Assembly (NCBI GenBank): GCA_964639595.1
Contig: CAZXEC010000002.1
Span: 13,621 to 74,868, forward strand
Length of the DNA: 61,248 nucleotides
Source: an uncultured Gammaproteobacteria bacterium
GTDB taxonomy: Bacteria > Patescibacteriota > Microgenomatia > CAZXEC01
Direction: 5' to 3'
The position numbers and the translations under genes were made by a program. The notes below the pieces were generated by a model, which saw only the letters and a program-made list of their open reading frames with translations, ran no database searches and was not told where the DNA came from. Positions 29,379 to 37,189 of this stretch are shown here, one piece after another. Each line of letters begins with the position of its first letter. Position 1 is the first letter of the stretch.

Positions 29379-30665
29379 ATGACACAAAAAGAAAATGGCA
29401 GGTCGCCCAGAAGTGCTCGGGGTATTGATAACGTAGCGTATGTTTTAGGCTATCAAGAAAATGACTCTACCAATTATATGGGCGCCAGAATCCCTCTGGA
29501 AGCAATTAATATTTTTCCCCAAGTCAGACAAACTTTTGAAGAGATTGAGGATCTGGCAGAAAATATTGCCGACCATGGTTTGTTTAACCCCTTGACAGTG
29601 GCCAAATTTGACCGGGAATCTTGCCAGCATTACATAGCCGTCATTAATTGGTTGTGGGGTAGAGATTTCAGTCTTGATCAAACAGTCTCTTGCGAAGAAG
29701 ACGGACAGGAAGTTTTTTATGTACTCTTGGCCGGGGAGAGACGCCATCGGGCCTGTATGTATCTAAAAACCGCAGGTTGTCCATCCTGCCAACAGCAATT
29801 TGGTGCCGGCCCATGTCACACTCGCCACCCTGCCTCTGCCGACGGACAGGTTGATGTCAGGTTGTGTGTGAATATTTCACCGCTGGAGGCGCTATTCAGG
29901 CAGATTGCGGAAAATGTCCATATGAGAGTACCGGCTCATGAAGAAGCTAAAGTTTTTTATGAGCTGTATAGCTTGGTCAAGCAAGCTGATCCTAAATATA
30001 GTTTGGCCCAGTTTAGCCGCGATGTGTCCCGCGGTCCGGATACTATTAAGAATGCCATCCGTTTTTGCGAGCTGCCGGCAGAAATTCAGGGTTTTGTTAA
30101 AAATCGGGTCTTTAGCTATGGTATTGCCTGCGAAATATCCCGGCTGCATGAGGCCGGATTTAGTGAAGATGACCTGTCATGGTGGGCCAGACAAGCGGCA
30201 GTTTCTTCTCCTAAAGTTGATGAATTCAGGGAAACTATCAGCAAGGTTATAACTGATAGGAATAATGGCCAGACCATGCTGGATTTGTTTACCCAGGAAC
30301 AGGAAAGCGAAATGAGACGGCTGGCGCACAGGCGGGTAGTGGCCAGGGAACTGATTCAAATTCTCTGGAGAGATCAGTATTATCTGAAGAAAGTACAAGA
30401 GTTGCTTAAGGATGGTAAATTAGGCAGAGATGATTCGCCGTTTTCGATTTTATCACCGGTGAGATATTTTAGGGCGTCAATAGCACTGCGCCAAGAGCTC
30501 CTGCCACTCTTAAAAGATCATCTACCGAAAGCATTTCTAGCTGAAGCAGAACAAATATTGTCAGACAACGAACAGGTGCTGGCAGTTTTGGAGGTGGGGT
30601 TGGCCCCGACTGAATCGGGGTTGGCAGATGATCCTTTTGTTCAAGACGGATCACTGATCCGTTAG
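29379..30665 (+). CDS. ParB/RepB/Spo0J-like protein
   Basis: LAENIADHGLFNPLTV, LLAGERRHRA, AENVH; Cys-rich insert CPSC...CH. Confidence 0.8.
   Translation: MTQKENGRSPRSARGIDNVAYVLGYQENDSTNYMGARIPLEAINIFPQVRQTFEEIEDLAENIADHGLFNPLTVAKFDRESCQHYIAVINWLWGRDFSLDQTVSCEEDGQEVFYVLLAGERRHRACMYLKTAGCPSCQQQFGAGPCHTRHPASADGQVDVRLCVNISPLEALFRQIAENVHMRVPAHEEAKVFYELYSLVKQADPKYSLAQFSRDVSRGPDTIKNAIRFCELPAEIQGFVKNRVFSYGIACEISRLHEAGFSEDDLSWWARQAAVSSPKVDEFRETISKVITDRNNGQTMLDLFTQEQESEMRRLAHRRVVARELIQILWRDQYYLKKVQELLKDGKLGRDDSPFSILSPVRYFRASIALRQELLPLLKDHLPKAFLAEAEQILSDNEQVLAVLEVGLAPTESGLADDPFVQDGSLIR
30604..30620. mobile_element. 17-bp palindrome, family A, in CDS
   Basis: ttgg|CCCCGACTGAATCGGGG|ttgg; peptide GL-APTES-GL. 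Confidence 0.9.
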
Positions 30666-30680
30666 TTTACCATCTCCTAG

Positions 30681-30701
30681 ATTCCACCTTCGAGGTGGAA
30701 T
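30681..30701. repeat. REP flanking the RAYT gene (downstream)
   Basis: ATTCCACCTTCGAGGTGGAAT, identical to 31437-31457. Confidence 0.9.
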
Positions 30702-30724
30702 ACGTTTACACCTACACTTTTTAC

Positions 30725-31396
30725 TTACTCTAAGATTAGATGTTTAATCTGTTCAAGCTTCCTGGCATGATCTACTTGATCCAAAACAAACTGTTTGTAC
30801 TTCTCCTTAGAAGGAAGTAAATCTAATACCAGCTTGGGACTTGCGATGTTTTTATTGGATGATCCCATATATTCAGGAAATGATGACCACTGATAGCTTT
30901 CAAGTTCGTCCGGTTCAATTAAAAGTGAAGATACTGGATTTAAGTGGATATATCTGGAGACATGGATAAGCTGTTCGTCTGATTCAATAAGGACGGCTTT
31001 AAATAATCCTTGAAATAATGGCCCAATTCGCTCATGCCTGGTATTAAAATACCGGGTGTAACTATTTGTAAAATTTGCAACAAATGTAGAGATGCCCCCT
31101 TCTAGTTTTTGTTTAAGCAGCAAATGAAAATGGTTGGGCATTAAACAATAACAGATTATTTCAACTAATTTTTCAAAAGTATTTAAGTCCTGCCTGAATT
31201 TAGCTCTTTCAGCTTCTGCTAAATTTAAAAATCTGGACAATTTAAGTGGTAACTTTGCAAGTCTATAAAAGTCAAGGGTTATAAGACCCCTGCCTAACTC
31301 TCTTTTATCTGTAAATGTGGGTCTTTTTTCAACTCCACGGTTAAAGACATGGTAAATCTCATCATTTGCAAAAATAACCTTTCTATTAGTAGGCAT
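30725..31396 (-). CDS. REP-associated tyrosine transposase (RAYT, Y1 HUH family)
   Basis: YHVFNRG, YCLMPNHFHLL (HUH), LFQG, YIHLNPV. Confidence 0.92.
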   Translation of the reverse strand: MPTNRKVIFANDEIYHVFNRGVEKRPTFTDKRELGRGLITLDFYRLAKLPLKLSRFLNLAEAERAKFRQDLNTFEKLVEIICYCLMPNHFHLLLKQKLEGGISTFVANFTNSYTRYFNTRHERIGPLFQGLFKAVLIESDEQLIHVSRYIHLNPVSSLLIEPDELESYQWSSFPEYMGSSNKNIASPKLVLDLLPSKEKYKQFVLDQVDHARKLEQIKHLILE

Positions 31397-31436
31397 ACAC
31401 TAATAAAATAATCTAAAAAAGAAGATGTGTCAAGCT

Positions 31437-31457
31437 ATTCCACCTTCGAGGTGGAAT
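31437..31457. repeat. REP flanking the RAYT gene (upstream)
   Basis: ATTCCACCTTCGAGGTGGAAT. Confidence 0.9.
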
Positions 31458-31482
31458 GCTGGGGGGCATGTAGCTATAAATT

Positions 31483-32325
31483 TTACAAGGATGTGGTTAG
31501 TTTGGTTGAAGATAGCTGATGCAGGCGCCTCTGACGTACCATAAAATCATCATTTCGAACAGAACCAAACTGGGCCAGTTCTTCTCCCAGCAATCTCAAC
31601 CATCCCAAAGCCTGTCTCTCTCTTATCCCGAATGCGTCGTTCAATTCCAAGTTCATCTTTCTCACAATAGGCTCATCTTGCTGTACAACTCTGGTTAATA
31701 ATTCGAAAACCTCACGTACAAATTTTTTTCGCCACTCCATATCTCCTCTTGGATCTTCTGGCCAATTTTTACCCCACCCCTCCCATATTAAACCTGTATC
31801 CGGGTCAAATCCGACCAGCTCCCATCTTAGCTTATCCGGATAGAAATCTTTGCCTTCCCCTAGAATAACCAGATTAGATGGATGGGTGTGCCTATCATAC
31901 GTCTGCTCGGGCAACTCCCGAATTACCAAGATTGGTTGCATTATCTCATGAGGTAAGAGCGGGTGGGGTAATGCAACTATTCCGAGTTTAAAAGAAACGT
32001 CGGCATCCCTATCTGGATTAATTGAAAGGATGGCTGTGAAACTATCTCCTCTGACGCGATTTATTAAATTGAAAAAGACTTTCTGTTCTGTATTTTTTGC
32101 CCCAACGCCATTCCTGTGTCTTTCAGAGAAGCAAAATGGAATATAAATCGAATTCCTAGAGTTTGGTTTTTTGTCAGGAGAGACAAGACGCCACAACGTT
32201 AACGCATCATCATAGAGAGAAAGAGGCGATTCTTCCTTAGGCTGGTTTTCTGGTTCTTGCAGTTTTTTCCCTAATTGTTCTAATCTCGCTCCTAATTGTT
32301 CTCTAAGTTCCGCAATAGCAGGCAT
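31483..32325 (-). CDS. Hypothetical protein
   Basis: 280-aa ORF. Confidence 0.7.
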   Translation of the reverse strand: MPAIAELREQLGARLEQLGKKLQEPENQPKEESPLSLYDDALTLWRLVSPDKKPNSRNSIYIPFCFSERHRNGVGAKNTEQKVFFNLINRVRGDSFTAILSINPDRDADVSFKLGIVALPHPLLPHEIMQPILVIRELPEQTYDRHTHPSNLVILGEGKDFYPDKLRWELVGFDPDTGLIWEGWGKNWPEDPRGDMEWRKKFVREVFELLTRVVQQDEPIVRKMNLELNDAFGIRERQALGWLRLLGEELAQFGSVRNDDFMVRQRRLHQLSSTKLTTSL

Positions 32326-32499
32326 ATAACCAGCAGATTAAAGCACTTCATAGTTACTTGTCAATAAGACCGGTATCTGTCATTGCAAATGTGACGAATA
32401 CTGTATATGGTTTTTTGTAGTAGTATATGCAGGTCCTTAGTGAACCACAATCATGTTAATTGATTTGTGACTTTGCAGACCAGGAGTGCAGGTTCAGGT

Positions 32500-32589
32500 T
32501 GGAACTTACTTTTGATGGATAAAAACTTAGAATTTAGCTTCAAAAAGCCCTTCGATATACTGCTTCAACCCGAAGCCCGTTCTGATTTG
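32500..32589 (+). pseudogene. Possible C-terminal remnant of a recombinase gene pointing into the tRNA-Trp 3' end
   Basis: WNLLLMDKNLEFSFKKPFDILL resembles remembered tails of CPR tRNA-targeting serine recombinases. Confidence 0.35.
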
Positions 32590-32662
32590 CACGGGCGCCA
32601 GGACTTGAACCTGGAACCTGCGGTTTTGGAGACCGCTGCTCTACCAGTTGAGCTACGCCCGT
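32590..32662 (-). tRNA. tRNA-Trp(CCA)
   Basis: ACGGGCG/CGCCCGT; GCGGT-CTCCAAA-ACCGC; TTCAAGT. Confidence 0.96.
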
Positions 32663-32684
32663 ATGTAATCAGCAAGGCAGGCGG

Positions 32685-32719
32685 GGAGACCCGTGGTTTG
32701 CCAATTAACCGACACCCCT
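32685..32719 (-). pseudogene. Orphan 5' half of a different tRNA-Trp, broken after nt 35
   Basis: AGGGGTG-TC-GGTT-AATTGGCA-AACC-A-CGGGT-CT-CC then CCGCCTGCC. Confidence 0.8.
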
Positions 32720-32806
32720 AAGAAAGCTAGCAAATACATTATAAATCGCCTCCAACTCCTTTACAACTTGAGTGTCTGTAAGTAGGCAATTACTGATAAC
32801 TGTAAT

Positions 32807-32974
32807 CTAATTACTTTTTGTTTCCTTGTGCTCGGTTTGCTTTCTGCATTTTGAGCAGAATTTTTTCAAGGTTATTTTATCCTTAGTATTAGTTGGATTT
32901 TTGCTGGTCACGTAATTGCGCGACTTGCATACTGTACATTCTAAATTAATTATTACTCTGGCTGATTTAGCCAT
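32807..32974 (-). CDS. rpmG: 50S ribosomal protein L33 (absent from the ORF track, 55 aa)
   Basis: [26 protein letters not shown]...[15 protein letters not shown]; AGGAGG RBS. Confidence 0.95.
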   Translation of the reverse strand: MAKSARVIINLECTVCKSRNYVTSKNPTNTKDKITLKKFCSKCRKQTEHKETKSN

Positions 32975-33003
32975 AATCTCCTCCTTTTCTTAAAGTCTCT
33001 CGG

Positions 33004-33075
33004 AGCCTGGGGCGGGGATCGAACCCGCGCTCTAGCCCTTACCAAGGGCTTGTTTTACCACTAAACTACCCAGGC
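33004..33075 (-). tRNA. tRNA-Thr(GGT)
   Basis: GCCTGGG/CCCAGGC; AGCCC-TTGGTAA-GGGCT. Confidence 0.94.
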
Positions 33076-33123
33076 GCTTTGGCTGTGCGTTGCCAAAGGC
33101 TATGCCGGCGGCACGCGGGCAGG

Positions 33124-33176
33124 CCAAGAATGTGCTCGGACTTTATCCGCCTTTGGCGGAACTGAGCTACTTCGGC
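33124..33176 (-). pseudogene. Orphan 5' half of a different tRNA (TT-GG, probably Thr GGT), with a palindrome in its D-loop
   Basis: GCCGAAG-TA-GCTC-AGT[TCCGCCAAAGGCGGA]TAAAGTCC-GAGC-A-CATTC-TT-GG then CCTGCCCGC. Confidence 0.75.
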
Positions 33177-33204
33177 GCGTTTAATACTAGGGCACCGTTG
33201 AGCG

Positions 33205-33291
33205 TGGTGCTAGGGGAGGGATTCGAACCCCCGAAGGCATAAAGCCGCCTGGTTTACAGCCAGGTGCGTTTGGCCACTTCGCTACCCTAGC
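33205..33291 (-). tRNA. tRNA-Tyr(GTA) with encoded CCA
   Basis: GCTAGGG/CCCTAGC; CCTGG-CTGTAAA-CCAGG; long variable arm. Confidence 0.96.
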
Positions 33292-33893
33292 TCAATGAAT
33301 CTTATAACTAATTTCTCAATGTCGCTTCTTATTAGTGTCAGTAGTTTTTTATCATTATATCTAATATGAATAAGCCCATGGGGCATTTTGTTTTTCTTTT
33401 CCTCCAAAAAGTCTTGTCGTACGTAGGGTTTACTGAATTGTTTTTGAGAAATTCCAGTGATTTTAACCCAATAACTTATTAATCTTTGAACATTCTGATT
33501 AGCATAGCAATAAAGCAGGACTCTTAATCGTTCTTCACTAATGTTATAGATTTCTCTCAACATCTTTACAAACAGCTTAATTATCAAAGGATTGCTATTG
33601 GCAAGATCAACAGTGTACTGGCCAGTTTTAGCTCCTTCACCCCAATAAAGCATCAACCCCGCTATTTGTAATTTTTCTTCCTTGTTTGTTAAGGCGCTTT
33701 TTAGGTTAAAAGATGGTTTTTGTCTAAGAAATTTAAGTAAATTGCTTTCTTCAGATTTTCTCCTGGCCAGGCCATTTTTTTCCATAAACCTGATGACCTG
33801 CCGAACTGAAGCATCAAGCATTTCGCCAACTTCTCTTGTACTTAAACCCTTCTTGTAATATAAATTACTGACTTTTCCTATAGGTAGATTCAT
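33282..33893 (-). CDS. HTH plus LAGLIDADG-like (YWGEG-type) nuclease-like protein
   Basis: GLSTREVGEML HTH; IAGLMLYWGEGAK, LANSNP, YW..ITGI; stop codon lies inside tRNA-Tyr; start reassigned to MNLP. Confidence 0.75.
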   Translation of the reverse strand: MNLPIGKVSNLYYKKGLSTREVGEMLDASVRQVIRFMEKNGLARRKSEESNLLKFLRQKPSFNLKSALTNKEEKLQIAGLMLYWGEGAKTGQYTVDLANSNPLIIKLFVKMLREIYNISEERLRVLLYCYANQNVQRLISYWVKITGISQKQFSKPYVRQDFLEEKKNKMPHGLIHIRYNDKKLLTLIRSDIEKLVIRFIELG

Positions 33894-33898
33894 ATTTG

Positions 33899-33971
33899 AG
33901 CCGATGGTCGGACTCGAACCGACAGCCTTCACTTTACAAAAGTGTTGCTCCACCAATTGAGCTACATCGGC
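33899..33971 (-). tRNA. tRNA-Thr(TGT)
   Basis: GCCGATG/CATCGGC; CACT-TTTGTAA-AGTG; TTCGAGT. Confidence 0.94.
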
Positions 33972-33993
33972 GCATGCCTTAACTAAACTCATT

Positions 33994-34010
33994 TAGGGGT
34001 TCAACCCCTA
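33994..34010. repeat. Family B palindrome
   Basis: TAGGGGTTCAACCCCTA. Confidence 0.85.
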
Positions 34011-34131
34011 AAATTTACCAAATCAGCTTTTGGCCGTGAGCTGTCAGCCATAAGCCGTTTACTTACGATAAATTATACCATAAAATTTGACATAGTAGGC
34101 AAAGGCTAGCTGTTTTGCTATCATAGTATTA

Positions 34132-34965
34132 ATGCCCATCCGGCTATGGCTAGTTTTAACAATAGTGATTTTGGCTTTGGCTTACGTTGCCGGCCAACTA
34201 ATTTACTCCAATGTTCAACTGCAAAACTCCAAACTAAAAGATATTATCAACCAGCCGCAGGTCAGGTCTTCATCAGTACAACCCTATAAATGGCTGCGGG
34301 TGCCGATATTAAACTATCACCATATATCGCCAAATCCCGCGCCGGATGTGAACACTGCTCAAATTACCACTTTACTGGCTGATTTTGAAAAACAAATGCA
34401 ATATTTGGCTGAAAATAATTACACCACCATCACCCTGGGTCAATTAAAAAACTCGCTGGATGGAAAAAATAATTTGCCCGCCAGGCCGATTATATTGACT
34501 TTTGACGACGGTTATGTTGATTTCTATACTGATGCCTATCCCATCTTGCAGAAGTACCAGCACAAGGCTTATATGGCTCTCATCTCTGATTTTGTCGGTA
34601 AGACTGCCAACTATCTAACATGGGACCAAGTTAGGCAAATGAAGGCTTCCGGCCTGGTGGATTTTATGGCGCATTCCCGACATCACAAAAAACTAACAGA
34701 GCTATCACCAGGGGAGATGGATTATGAAATTGCCGGCTCCAAACAAGTGATTGAATCACAGCTATCTGGGCAGGTTGATTGGTTTGTTTATCCATATGGC
34801 AGTTTAAACAATCAAACCATAGACTTGGTTAAAAAAGCCGGTTTTGTGGGAGCTTTAGGAACAAATCACAGCAATTGGCAATCAATGGGGATTGTGTATA
34901 ATCTTCGTAGAGTCCATGTGGGGGATAGAGGTTGGGAAGAATTCACAGCATTACTTACTAGATAA
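34132..34965 (+). CDS. Polysaccharide deacetylase (CE4)
   Basis: PILNYH, LTFDDGY, AHSRHH, FVYPYG. Confidence 0.92.
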   Translation: MPIRLWLVLTIVILALAYVAGQLIYSNVQLQNSKLKDIINQPQVRSSSVQPYKWLRVPILNYHHISPNPAPDVNTAQITTLLADFEKQMQYLAENNYTTITLGQLKNSLDGKNNLPARPIILTFDDGYVDFYTDAYPILQKYQHKAYMALISDFVGKTANYLTWDQVRQMKASGLVDFMAHSRHHKKLTELSPGEMDYEIAGSKQVIESQLSGQVDWFVYPYGSLNNQTIDLVKKAGFVGALGTNHSNWQSMGIVYNLRRVHVGDRGWEEFTALLTR

Positions 34966-34974
34966 CCCCACTTC

Positions 34975-34991
34975 CCCCGATTTAATCGGGG
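34975..34991. mobile_element. 17-bp palindrome, family A (3-bp flanking repeat)
   Basis: ttc|CCCCGATTTAATCGGGG|ttc. Confidence 0.8.
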
Positions 34992-35285
34992 TTCGCGGGG
35001 TTATCAGTCAACAGACTGATAATAATTCCACCCTGTTGTGCCGTCTTTTGGAAGGAACTTTCCCCGGAATATCCAGGTGGGATGTCGGTTGCCAAAACCA
35101 CGGTCTTGGCAAACCCGTGCTTCCCGTATTGTCCGCAACATTGAGGAGGAAAATAATCCTTACCCAAGTCGCACACACCAGGGTTTTGCAAGTTGGTCAC
35201 TTGAAAGAAGTAACCTCCTTACCAGCCCAAACTTTTTATAAAAAAGCCTGGAGCCAATAATAGTTTAGCACTCTGGGAATTGTTG

Positions 35286-35795
35286 TCAAGGGCTAGGGTG
35301 TAATTCTTGTTTCCATCTGGCAGCCCATGCCTCAAATTGGTCTGGTGTTAAATTAAATTTTGTCGGATCATCACTGGTGCCTTTTGCGATTAGCATATTA
35401 ATTGCCAATTGTAATGTACGAGTTTTTTGACGGTCTGCAGGGTAAGGATAGTTAGTTTGAATAAATTGAGCAGTTTCTTCTTCCACTGTAGCAAATAGCT
35501 GCTGGTGCTCTTCGGCCATCGATTCAAGCCGACGTATCAAATAGCCAATGATGTGGACTTTAACTGATGCTTGCACTTCTGGATTTGATAATATTGCTGA
35601 ATCGCTGTAGATACTGCCTTTTAAGAGCCCCCTCATTAGATATAGTAATATTAACTGTCGTTCTTGAGGGTCAATATCCAAACTTTCGCACACTTGGTAT
35701 TTTCGCTCCAGGAATTCAGCTTGCAGCAGAAATGCCACATAACTCTTCCCTTTTTCTCTTAATACCAAGATGTGAGATTTTATGGCTTCTAGCAT
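35286..35795 (-). CDS. Hypothetical protein
   Basis: 169-aa helical ORF. Confidence 0.6.
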   Translation of the reverse strand: MLEAIKSHILVLREKGKSYVAFLLQAEFLERKYQVCESLDIDPQERQLILLYLMRGLLKGSIYSDSAILSNPEVQASVKVHIIGYLIRRLESMAEEHQQLFATVEEETAQFIQTNYPYPADRQKTRTLQLAINMLIAKGTSDDPTKFNLTPDQFEAWAARWKQELHPSP

Positions 35796-35883
35796 GGGGT
35801 AATTATAGCAAATAGTAGCAGTTTACGCCGGAAGGAAACTTAATTAGAACTTAGAGTCGAGGAGCCAATCTTTTCTTATATTG

Positions 35884-36639
35884 CTAAACATATGCAACTT
35901 TTCTTCTTTCAAAGATACGATTCAATATTAATGCAAGTTCAAACATAATTATAATAGGTAAAGCGAGTAAGAAGTCGGTTAGGATTGAATCCGCTGGAAG
36001 GAGGATGGTAAAGAATAAGGAACCCAAATAAACCCACATACGGTACTTACTTAAGCTGCTGGGCTTGATAATTCCTAGGCGTGTAATAAGAAATAAGATT
36101 ACCGGGAATTGGAAGGCAATCCCCATCAGCACAGAAACCATCAGTACTGTGCTCATAAGGTGGCTAATATCTAGGATGTTACCTATACCAAGCGATTCAG
36201 ACTTGGTCAAAAATAATTCAATTTGCCATTTCATAATCAGAACTCCAAATGAAAATCCGCTTAAAAAAAGAATTATGGAAAATGGCAAAAACCCAACTAA
36301 CTTCTTGAATTCATTTTGTCTTAAGGCCGGTCTTAAAAAAGACAAAATTTGATAAATCAAGAGAGGAAAGGTAAACACCAGTCCGGTAGCGACGCCACAA
36401 CTAATTGCGAGATTGATGAACTGGAAGGGTGAAGTAAAGACGATATTAATTCCGCGAAGAGCAAGAATGTCAATCAGGAATTTGATTATTCTTTCATAAA
36501 AAACAAAGCCAGAAAGAGACGCAACCGCGAAAACAGATATCGTAAAGAGAATTCTTTTTCTAATCTCGGCCAAGTATGGAGAGTATTTGTTTATCAATTC
36601 ATTCAGTCCAGAAGTTTCGGAAGACTTGATATTTTCCAC
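35884..36639 (-). CDS. tatC: Twin-arginine translocase subunit TatC
   Basis: YLAEIRKR, FTSPF, 6 TM, GIAFQFP, LPADSIL, LPIIIMFEL. Confidence 0.9.
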   Translation of the reverse strand: MENIKSSETSGLNELINKYSPYLAEIRKRILFTISVFAVASLSGFVFYERIIKFLIDILALRGINIVFTSPFQFINLAISCGVATGLVFTFPLLIYQILSFLRPALRQNEFKKLVGFLPFSIILFLSGFSFGVLIMKWQIELFLTKSESLGIGNILDISHLMSTVLMVSVLMGIAFQFPVILFLITRLGIIKPSSLSKYRMWVYLGSLFFTILLPADSILTDFLLALPIIIMFELALILNRIFERRKVAYV

Positions 36640-36667
36640 AGCAGCAATATAAGAGTATGCCTAATTT

Positions 36668-36826
36668 TTACCCCTCCTTTTGCTCAGAGTCGCGAGAAGC
36701 CTTCTTAAATTCTCTAATGGCTTCACCTAAGCCTTTGAAAAGTTCCGGGATTTTCTTGCCTCCGAAAAGCAAAATTACTATTAAGGCAATGATCAGCCCT
36801 TCAGTTAACCCAATTGATTGAAACAT
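36668..36826 (-). CDS. tatA: TatA/E subunit (52 aa, absent from the ORF track)
   Basis: [43 protein letters not shown]. Confidence 0.93.
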   Translation of the reverse strand: MFQSIGLTEGLIIALIVILLFGGKKIPELFKGLGEAIREFKKASRDSEQKEG

Positions 36827-36878
36827 ATTTTATTGCGCAAGCATCAAACTTGCTTATTTTAACACCCCCTTCCATTAG

Positions 36879-36915
36879 TCCCGACTTTACCCCGATTGGA
36901 TCGGGGTTATCGGGA
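36879..36915. mobile_element. Nested double family A palindrome
   Basis: ttag|TCCCGACT tta|CCCCGATTGGATCGGGG|tta TCGGGA|ttag. Confidence 0.85.
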
Positions 36916-37113
36916 TTAGTTTTTGCTAGGTTCGTTATCACCATCTTCCATGGCTTTGGTAAATTCCTTTTTGATTTTTTTGATCTCTTTGACAGTTTCT
37001 CCGCTGGTTTTAGCCAGCCGCCCCGCAATTGCTTTGCCGCCGAAAAGAACTATTAAAATTAAAACTATAATAATCAGCTCTGTCGGACTGATATTTTTTA
37101 TGAAATCAAACAT
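36916..37113 (-). CDS. tatA: TatA/B family subunit
   Basis: ISPTELIIIVLILIVLFGGK...GETVKEIKK. Confidence 0.85.
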   Translation of the reverse strand: MFDFIKNISPTELIIIVLILIVLFGGKAIAGRLAKTSGETVKEIKKIKKEFTKAMEDGDNEPSKN

Positions 37114-37189
37114 TTTGGTTTATATTATCACTATATAACTCAAATCATCAAAAAACAAGAGGCAAAAAGCCAAAAAGCCAAAGCTAATT

